Shown here: positions 54,297 to 64,000 of the stretch, piece after piece
Layout of the letters: each line of letters starts with the position of its first letter
How positions within the stretch are numbered: the stretch's first letter is position 1
Source of the DNA: the human T2T-CHM13v2.0 reference genome, Homo sapiens
Strand: one strand, 5' to 3'
NCBI RefSeq assembly: GCF_009914755.1
Contig: NC_060927.1
DNA: 64,000 bases
Position numbers and translations under genes: made by a program
Notes under the pieces: model-generated
Database searches by the model: none
What the model was told of the DNA's origin: nothing
What the model saw: the letters and a program-made list of their open reading frames with translations, nothing else

Positions 54297-57200
54297 TTCT
54301 TTTTTAAGTTCTGGGGTACATGTGCAGGATGTGCAGGTTTGTTACATAAGTAAACGTGTGCCACGGTGGTTTGCTGCACCTATCAACCGATCACCTAAGT
54401 ATCCATCCTAGCAAGCCTTAGCTATGTTTTCTAATGCTCTTTCTTCCTCCCACCCCACCTCCTGATAGGCCCCAGTTTGTGTTGTTCCCCTCGCTGCGTC
54501 CATGTGTTCTCATTGTTCAGCTCCCACTTGTAAGTAAGAACATGCAGTGTTAGGTTTTCTGTTCCTATCTTAGTTGGCTGGGGATAATGGCTTCCAGCTC
54601 CATCCATGTCCCTGCAAAGGACATGCTCTCCTTCTCTTTTATGCCTGCATAGTATTCCATGGTGTATATGTACCACATTTTCTTTATCCAGTCTATCATT
54701 GATGGGCATTTGAGTTGATTCCATGCCTTTGCTATTGTGAATAGTGCTGCAGTGAACATATATGTGCATATATCTTTGTAATACAATGACTTATATTTCT
54801 TTGGGTATATACTCAATAATGGGATTGCTGGGTCAAATGGTATTTCTAGTTCTAAATCTTTGAGAAACCACAACAACCATCTTCCACAATCGTTGAACTA
54901 ATTTACATTCCCACCAATGGTGTAAAAGTGTTTCTGTGTCTCCGCAACCTCACCAGCATCTGTTGGTTTTGACTTTTTAGTAATTGCCATTCTGACTGGA
55001 GTGAGATGGTATTGCATTGTGATTTTCATTTGCATTTCTCTAATGATCAGTGATGGTGAGAGTTTATTCATATGTTTGTTGGCCACATAAATGCCTTCTT
55101 TTTATAAATGTCTGGTCATGTCCTTTGCCCACTTTTTGATGGGGTTGTCTGTATTTTTTCCTGTAAATGTTTAAGTTCCTCGTAGATTCTCGATTTTAGA
55201 CCTTTGTCAGATGGATAGATTGCAAAAATTTTATCCGACTCTGTAGGTCGCCTTTTTACTCTGATGATAGTGTTTTTGCTGTGCAGAAGTTCCTTAGTTT
55301 AATTAGATCCCATTTGTCAATTTTTGCTTTTGTTACAATTGCTTTTGGCTATTTTGTCATGAAGTCTTTGCCTGTGCCTATGTCCTGGATGGTATTGCCA
55401 GATTTTCTTCTAGGGTGTTTAATGTTCTGGGTTTTACACTTAAGTCTCTAATCCATCCTGAGTTAATTTTGCTTAAAGTGTGAGGAAGGTGTCCAGTTTC
55501 AATTTTCTGCCTAGGGCTAGCCAGTTCTCCCAGTACCGCTTATTAAATAGAGAACCCTTTCCCCATTACTTGTTTTTCTCAGGTTTGTTAAAGACCAGAT
55601 GGTTATCTATGTGTGGTTTTATTTATGAGTTTTCTATTCTGTTCCATTGGTGTATATGTTTATTTTTCTCCCAGTAACATGCTCTTTTGGTTATTGTAGC
55701 CTTGTACTATAAAGTCCAGTGCTGTGATGCCCCCAGCTTTGTTCTTTTTGCTTAGAATTATCTTGGCTATATGACCTCTTTTTTGATTCCATAAGAATGT
55801 TATTTTATTTATTTTATTTTATTTTTTAATTATACTTTAAGTTCGAGGGTACTTGTGCACAACGTGCAGGTTTGTTACATATGTATACATGTGCCATGTT
55901 GGTGTGCTGCACCCATTAACTCATCATTTACATTAGGTATATCTCCTAATGCTTTCCCTCCCCCCTTCCCCAACCCCACAACAGGCCCCGGTGTGTGATG
56001 TTCCCCTTCCTGTGTCCAGGTGTTCTCATTGTTCAATTCCCACCTATGAGTGAGAACATGCAGTGTTTGGTTTCTTGTCCTTGCAGTAGTTTGCTGAGAA
56101 TGATGGTTTCTAGCTTCATGTATGTCCCTGCAAAGGACATGAACTCATCATTTTTTATGGCTGCATAGTATTCCATGGTGTATATGTGCCACATTTTCTT
56201 AATCCAGTCTATCACTGATGGACATTTGGGTTGGTTCCAAGTCTTTGCTATTGTGAATAGTGCTGAAATAAACATATGTGTGCATGTGTCTTTATAGCAT
56301 CATGATTTATAATCCTTTGGGTATATACCCAGTAATGGGATAGCTGGGTCAAGTGGTATTTCTAGTTCTAGATCCTTGAGGAATCACCACACTGTCTTCC
56401 ACAATGGTTGAACTAGTTTACAGTCCCACCTACAGTGTAAAAGTGTTCCTATTTCGCCACATCCTCTCCAGCACCTGTTGTTTCCTGACCTTTTAATGAT
56501 CGCCATTCTAACTGGTGTGAGATGGTATCTCTTTGTGGCTTTGATTTGTATTTCTCTGATGGCCAGTGATGATGAGCATTTTTTCATGTGTCTGTTGGCT
56601 GCATAAATGTCTTCTTTTGAGAAGTGTCTGTTCATATCCTTTGCCCACTTGTTGATGGGGTTGTTTGTTGTTTTTCTTGTAAATTTGTTTGAGTTCTTTG
56701 TAGATTCTGGATATTAGCCCTTTGTCAGATGAGTAGATTGCAAAAATTTTCTCCCATTCTGTAGGTTGCCTGTTCATTCTGATGGTAGTTTCTTTTGCTG
56801 TGCAGAAGCTCCTTAGTTTAATTAGATCCCATTTGTCAATTTTGGCTTTTGTTGCCATTGCTTTTGGTGTTTTAGACATGAAGTCCTTGCCCATGCCTAT
56901 GTCCTGAATGGTATTGCCTAGGTTTTCTTCTAGGGTTTTTATGGTTTTAGGTCTAACATGTAAGTCTTTAATCCATCTTGAATTAATTTTTGTATAAGGT
57001 GTAAGGAAGGGATCCAGTTTCAGCTTTCTACATATGGCTAGCCAGTTTTCCCAGCACCATTCAGCCATCTTGGAACAACCCCCCACCACCCCCGCCGATT
57101 TCATATGAATTTTAAAATAGTTTCTTCTAATTCTGTCAAGAATGTCAATGGTAGTTTAATGGGAATAGCATTGAATCTATAAATTACTTTGGGAAGTATT

Positions 57201-60200
57201 GCCATTCTCACAATATTGATTTTTCCTATTCATGAGCATGGAATGGTTTTTCATTTGCTTGTTTCCTCTGCAATTTCCTTGAGCAGTGGTTTGTGGTTCT
57301 CCACGAAGAGGTCCTTCACTTCCCTTGTTAGCTATATTCCTAGGTATTTTATTCTCTTTGTAGCAGTTGTGAATGGCAGATCATTCATGATTTGGCTCTC
57401 TGTTTGCCTGTTGTTGGTTTATAGGAATGCTTGTAAATTTTGCATATTGATTTTGTATACTGAGACTTTGCTGAAGTTGCTTATCAGCTTAAGAAACTTT
57501 TGGAACTGAGACGATGAGATTTTCTAGATATAGGATCATGTCATCTGCAAACAAAGATGACTTGACTTCCTCTCTTCCTATTTGAATACCTTTATTTCTT
57601 TTTCTCTTGCCTGATTGCCCTAGCCAGAACTTGCAATACTATGTTGGATAAGAGTGGTGAGATAGGGCATTCTTGTCTTGTACTGGTTTTCAAGGGGAAT
57701 GCTTCCAGCTATTGCCCATTCAGTATAATATTGGCTGTGGGTATGTTGAATTTTATCAAAGGCCTTTTCTGTTTCTATCAATACAATCATGTGGTTGCTG
57801 TCTTTAGATCTCTTTATGTGATGAATTACATTTATTGATTTATGTATGCTAAACCAGCCTTGCATCCTGGGGAGGAAGCCAACTTCATCGTGGTGAATAA
57901 GCTTTTTGATGTGCTGCTGTATTTGGTTTGCCAGTACTTTTTTTTGAGAATTTTGCATCAATATTCACCAGGGATATTGGCCTGAAGTTTCCTTTTTCTT
58001 GTATCTCTGCCAGGTTTCGATATCAGGATGATCATGGCCTCATAGAATGAGTTAGGGAGGAGTCTCGCCTTTTCAGTTGTTTGGGGTAGTTTCAGAAGAA
58101 AGGGTATCAGCTCCTCTTTGTATTGCTGGTAGAATTCAGCTGTAAATCAATCTGGTCCTGGGCTTTTTTTGGTTGATAGGCTATTTATTACTGCCTGAAT
58201 TTCAGAGCCTTTTATTGTCTATTCAGCAATTCAACTTCTTCCTGGTTCAGTCTTGGGAGGGTGTATATGTCTAGGAATTTATCCATTTCTTCTAGACTTT
58301 CTAGTTTATTTGCATAGAGGTGTTTATAGTATTCTCTTATGGTTCTTTGTACTTCTGTGGGGTAAGTGGTGATATCCCCCTTAACATTTTTGTTGTCTAT
58401 TTGATTCTTCTCTCTTTAATTCTTTATTAGCCTAGCTAGTGGTCTATTTTATTAAACTTTTTTTTTTTTTTTTTTAAAACAGCTCCTGGCTTCATTGATT
58501 TTTTGAAGGATTTTTTGTGTCTCTATCTCCTTCAGTTTTGCTCTGATTTTGGTTATTTCTTGTCTTCCGCTAGGTTTGGGGTTTGTTTGCCCTTGGTTCT
58601 CTAGTTCTTTTAGTTGTGATGTTAGGGTGTTGATTTGAGATCTTTCTAGCTTTCTAATGTGGGCATTTAGTGGTATAAATTTCCCTCTTAACACTGCTTT
58701 AGCTTTATCTCAGAGATTCTGGTATGTTGTCTCTTTGTGTGGTTTTGAGTGAGTTTCTTAATCTTGAGTTCTGATTTGATTGCACTGTGATATGAGAGAC
58801 TTTTGTGATTTCAGTTCTTTTGCATTTGCTAAGGAGTGATTTACTTCCAATTATGTGATCAATTTTCAAGTAGGTACCATGTGGCACTAAGAAGAATGTA
58901 TATTCTGTTGTTTTGGGGCAGAGAGTTCTTTAGGTATCTATCAGGTCCACTTTACCCAGAGCTGAGTTCAAGTCCTGAATATCTTTGTTAATTTTCTGTC
59001 TCGATGATCTGTCTAATATTGACAGTGGAATGTTAAAGTCTGTCATTATTATTGTGTGGGAGTCTAAGTCTCTTTGTAGGTCTCTAAGAACTTGTTTTAC
59101 AAATATGGGTGCATATATGTTTAGGATAGTTAGCTCTTTTGATGAATTGACCCCTTTACCATTATGTAATGTGTGTCTTTGTCTTTTTTGATCTTTGTGT
59201 GTTAAAGTCTGTTTTGTCAGAAACTAGGATTGCAACCCATGCTTTTTTCTGTTTTTCATTTGCTTGATATTCAAAATAAAATTTTCCTCCATCCCTTTGA
59301 GTCTATGTGTGTTCCTGCATGTGAGACAGATCTTTGAATACAACACACCAATGGATCTTGACTCTTTATCCAGCTTGCTATTCTGTGTCTTTTAATTGGG
59401 CCACTTACCCCATTTACATTTAAGGTCAATATTGTTATGTATGAATTTGATTCTGTCATCATGATGATAGCTGGCTATTTTGCAGTATTTTTAGTTTAGT
59501 TTCTTCATAGTGTCACTGGTCTGTGTGCTTCAGTGTGTTTCGTAGTGGCTGGTAACAGTTTTTCCTTTCCATTTAGTCCTTCCTTCAGGAGCTCTTGCAA
59601 GGCACATCTGGTAGTGATGAATTCTCTCAGCATTTCCTTGTCTGAATTAGATTTTGTTTCTCCTTCACTTATGAAGCTTAGTTTGACCAGATATGAAATT
59701 CTAGGTTGGAAATTATTTTCTTTAAGAATGTTGAATGTTGACCACCAATCTTTTCTGTCTTGGAAGGTTTCCACTGAGACGTCTGCTGTTAGTCTGATGA
59801 CCTTCCCTTTATAGATGTCCTGGCCTTTCTCTCTGGCTGCCCTTAACATTTTTTATTCATTTTGACCTTGGAGAATCTGATGATGAATTGTCTTGAGGTT
59901 GATCTTCTCATGCAGTATCTTACTGGGGTTCTCTGGATTTCCTGAATTTGAATGTCAAGCTGTCTTGCTAAGTTCTCCAGGATAATATCAAAGTGGAAGA
60001 AAGAATTTCAGAACATGGAGACTATCTTGATGAAATGAGGCAGTCAGATAAGATTAGAGAAAAAAGAATAAACTTAGGAAGACAGTTCCACATTCAAATT
60101 CAGGAAATCTAGAGAACCCCAGTAAGATACTCCATGAGAAAATCAACCTCAAGACAAATTATCATCAGATATCTTGAAGTGTGTTTTCCAACTTGATTCC

Positions 60201-61037
60201 ATTCTCTCCATCTCTTTCTTGCACTCTTATTAGTTGTAGGCTCAGTCTTTTAACATAATCCCACAGTTTTCAGAGGTTTTGCTCATTTTTATTCTTTTTT
60301 CTCTAATCTTATATGACTGCCTCATTTCATCAAGATAGCCTCCATGTTCTAATATTCTTTCTTCCACTTGGTCTGTTCCACTATTGAAACTTGTTCTTGC
60401 ATTGTAAAGTTCTTGTGTTGTGTTTTTCAGCTCCATCAGGTCATTTATGTTCCTCTTTAAAGTGGTTGTTTTGGTTAACGGCTCCTGTAATGTTTTATCA
60501 TGTTTCTTAGCTTATTTTCAATGAGTTAGAACATACCCCTTTAGCTCAGCTAAGGTCGTTATTACCTATCTTTTGAAACCCAATTCAGTCAATTCCTTCA
60601 TCTCCGCCTCAGCCCCGTTCTGTGCCCTTGTTGGAGACATGTTGCGATCATTTGGAAGAGAAGAGGCACTCTGGCTTTTTGAGTTTTCAGCATTTTTGTA
60701 TTGATTCCTTCTCATCCTCATGGGTTTATCATCCTTTGATCTTTGAGGCTGCTGACCTTTGGATGGAGCTTTGGTGGAAACTTTTTCATTGATGTTGTCA
60801 CTGCTTTCTCTTTGTTTTTCTTTTAGCAGGTAGGCCTCTCTTCTGAATGGCTGCTGCAGTTTGCTGGGGTTCCACTACAGACCCTATTCACCTGGGTCTC
60901 TCCTGCCCCTGGAAATATCACCAGTGGAGGCTGTAGACCAGCAAAGATGGCAGCCTGCTCTTTCCTCTGGGAGCTTTGTCCCAGAGGGGCACTGGCCTGA
61001 TGCCCCCCGGAACGTTCCTGTATGAGGTGTCTGGAGA
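54297..61037 (-). mobile_element. Near-full-length dead L1PA10-like LINE (5' UTR truncated), with a nested younger L1 and an inverted insertion
   Basis: L1PA 3' UTR; ORF2 remnants (54565-54876, 57620-57961 RT, 58452-58694, 59271-59462 EN start ITILTLNVNG); ORF1 remnants (59505-59849, 60242-60436); many stops, frameshifts and deletions. Confidence 0.93.
55799..57096 (-). mobile_element. Internally deleted L1PA5-like element (extreme 5' end + last ~1.26 kb)
   Basis: A-rich tail, L1PA4-6 3' UTR, ORF2 C-terminus, then attcagccatcttggaac (reverse complement GTTCCAAGATGGCTGAAT = L1 5' end); TSD GATT(C/T)CATA(A/T)GAAT. Confidence 0.9.
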
Positions 61038-61735
61038 ATTTTAAAATACATTTTTAAACCAATGAATGTAGTGTTTGTCATGCATATAGATAAATTATGT
61101 ATATATGTATAATATACATGTATACATATGTGTGTATACATATACACATAAAGAAAGAGAGAGAGGAATGAGAGATAGAATCTATTTTATCTGTATTTGT
61201 CAATTAAAAAATAAAATAGAGAGAATAAAAGGATACAACTTTAATATGGTCATTCAATTACACTCCAAATACTCTGTGAAATTGAGTCAGCAGCAGAACT
61301 AAATAAACTAGAATAAACTAGGATTGTACATATGCTGAAACCCACTTAATAATGCCATAATCTACAGGAATTGGTCACAACTGTATAATCACTATTAATT
61401 TTGATAGTGCTTCATATCTCCAAACATATTTGGAAAGTTACAGTAAAATCTGGACCTGAGTTTCCTGTGCAAATGCCATTCTTCAGGTGTATTCATGTAA
61501 AAAATTTCTGAGAACCGTCTGTTGTTGTTATTGTTGTTGTTTGTTTATTTGTTTTCATTCTTGGATTTACCTGACTCTATTCTTGGCCCACTTGTGCATT
61601 TTCATACCTGCTAGTCACCATGGTACATATTATGCACTCTCATGCTTGTAATCACTTTCAATGTGTTACTGATTTACTGATTTTCAAACTGACAGTTATT
61701 TCCATTAGAATGTGCTCCAATTATATCAAATTCAT

Positions 61736-62119
61736 TGTTAGTCCAGTCTTCCATCATTATGAATAAATACCCAAGGTTGGGTGATTTATAAAGAAAAGAG
61801 TTTTAATTGGGTCGTGGGTCTGCACATTGTGTGAGCATGGCCATGGCAGTAAGCTTACAATCATGGCAGAAGGCAAAGGGAGAGCAGGTTATGTCGCATA
61901 GTGAGAAAGGAAGCAAGGGAGTGGGAGACCTGCCGAACTCTTTTAAACAATGATATCTCCTGTGAACTCAGAGCAAGAACTCCCCAAGGACAGTACCAAG
62001 CCATTCATGAGGAATCCACACCCCATGAACAAACCATCTCCCACCAGGCCCCACCTTTAACATTGGGGATTACATTTCTACATGAGACTTACTGGGGGAG
62101 AAGCATCCAAATAAAATCA
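61736..62119 (-). mobile_element. MSTA-like MaLR 3' LTR
   Basis: atttataaagaaaagag..caatcatggcagaaggcaaaggg..ccaggccccacctttaacattggggattaca. Confidence 0.85.
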
Positions 62120-64000
62120 TTCTGCCTCTAGCCACCCCCCACCCCCTAAAACTCATGTCATTCTCATATTGCAAAATACAATAATCTCATCTCCATTGTC
62201 CCCTAAATTTTCAAATTTGTTTCAGCATCCAATTACAAATCCAAAGTCCAAAGTCTCATCTGAGACTCAAGGCCAAGTTCCTTCCACCAATGAACCTGTA
62301 AAATCAAAACAAAGTAATTTACTTTAAAGATTCAATGGTGGTACAGGAATTGGGTAAACATTCTCATTCCAAAAGAGATAACCAGCCAAAGGAAATTGAT
62401 AACATACCCCATGCAAGCTGGAAAACCAGTAGGGCAGACATTAAACCTTAAAGCTCCAAAATAATCTCCTTTGACTCCATGTCCCACATCCTAGGCACAC
62501 TGCTGCAAGGTGCAGACTCCTAAGGCCTTGGGCAGGTCTACCCCTGTGGCTTTGCATGCTGCAGCCCTAATGGCTGTTCTCATGGGTTGGATTTGAGTGC
62601 TGTGGCTTTCTCAGGTTGAGAGTACAACCTGCTGGTGGCTTTACAATTCTGGGGGCTGAGTGGTGGCAGCTGTCATCCCACAGCTTCACTAGGCAGCTCC
62701 CTGAAGGGGACTCTGAGTGGCGGCTCCAACCCCACTTTTCCCCTCTTCATTGAACCTGTAGAGGTTCTCTGTGTGGGTTTCACCCCTATGACAGGCTTCT
62801 GCCTGGGCACTGAGGCTTTTTCTTACTTCTGAAATCTAAAGGGCATTGTTTCATAAGGAAATTATTATGAGGCTACGGCACTAAAAAAATAGTTAAATAT
62901 TATTTTCCAAAAGAATACTACTCAGTTCTAGACTAAAATATGCATGGGAAAGATGCAGGTCTATGATAAACAAACCAAAACAATAGTAAAATAAAAAACT
63001 AGGCATTGAAGTGATTTCCTGATTCAATAGTCCCCCATTACCCATGATTTTACTTTCCATGGTTTCAGTTACCTGCAGTCAGCTGTGGCCCCAAAATGTT
63101 AAGGGAAGCTGCAAAGCTTTTTTCATGCTTGAATTTTGTGCACCTGCAGACTTAACACCATGTGGAGGCCACCAAGGCTTGAGGCTTATGCCCTCTGGAG
63201 TGGCAGCCCACACTATACCTGGGACCCTTTTAGCTGTGGCTGTTTCAGGGGTAGCCTAGATTCAGGGAGCAGGTTCCTGAGGCTGAACAGAGTAATGGGG
63301 CTCCATGCTTGGCACCTGAAGCCATTATTTTCTCCTAGGCCTCTGAGACTATTGTGGGAGGAGCTGTCTAGAAGAGCTCTGAAATACCTTCAAGACCTTT
63401 TTCACACTTTTTTGGATATGAACACTTGGCTCCTTTTTATTCACACAAATCTCATTAGCAAATGTTTGCAAAACAACCCACTTGTATTTCTCACCTGAAA
63501 ATGCTTTTACTTTCTCTGCCACATGGCTAGGGTGCAAATTTCCCAAACTTTGATTCTATGCTTTCCTTTTACATATGAGTTCCAATTTTACATCATTTAT
63601 TTGCTCCCATATCTGATCTAAGGCTGTTAGAAGCAGTCAGGATACATCCTGAATGCTTTGCTGCTAGAAATTTCTTCTGCCAGGCACCATGTTATAATTC
63701 ATAGGTTCAAACTTCTTTAGATGTCTAGGACATGAACAAAGTGCAGCCAGGTTATTTGCTAGTGTAACACAGGTGACCTGTATTGTAGTTCCCAATAACA
63801 TCTTCATTTCCATCTGAAACCTCATCAGCCTGAACTTCAATGTTCATATCTCTATCAGCATTTTGGTCACAACATTTTAACTAGTCTCTAAGAAGTTCCA
63901 AATTTTTCGTCATCTTCTTATGTTTTTCTGAGCACTACAAACTATCCCAACCTCTGTCCATTACCCTATTCCAAAGCTGCTTCTACATCTTAAGGGTCTT
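62120..64000 (-). mobile_element. MST-int MaLR internal region (runs off the window), interrupted at ~62843-63102
   Basis: Polypurine tract next to the LTR; caaagtctcatctgagac, ctccaaaataatctcctttgactccatgtc, cagcattttggtcacaac. Confidence 0.88.
63028..63102. mobile_element. MER44/Tigger7 terminal fragment (single TIR)
   Basis: agtcccccattacccatgattttactttccatggtttcagttacctgcagtcagctgtggccccaaaat. Confidence 0.7.

Noticed and set aside
54431-60436. L1 ORF1/ORF2 fragments as functional CDS
   Set aside because: Multiple stops, frameshifts, internal deletions, a nested insertion and a truncated 5' UTR.

Overview
AT-rich primate (very likely human) non-coding genomic DNA, either a gene desert or a large intron. 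I find no supportable protein-coding exon, RNA gene or CpG island. Every ORF in the track is a decayed L1 ORF1/ORF2 fragment, an Alu/LTR translation, a microsatellite artefact or a chance ORF. Roughly half the window is interspersed repeats: L1 of several ages, about 11 Alus, about 16 MaLR/ERV1/ERVK LTRs, DNA transposons (Charlie1, MER20, MER44, MER103-like) and MIR/L2. Subfamily calls are from memory of the consensus sequences, not from RepeatMasker. I see no convincing new gene system. The most unusual signals are structural: (i) a TSD-flanked ~1.3 kb 'mini-L1' whose first ~38 nt (YY1 site with an ATG) are fused directly, in frame, to the 3' part of ORF2; (ii) a ~655 bp PATRR-like AT-rich palindrome; (iii) several templated-insertion or template-switch scars; (iv) an essentially consensus, 5'-truncated AluYc1-type insertion; (v) a minus-strand bias of L1s and LTRs hinting at a + strand host transcript.
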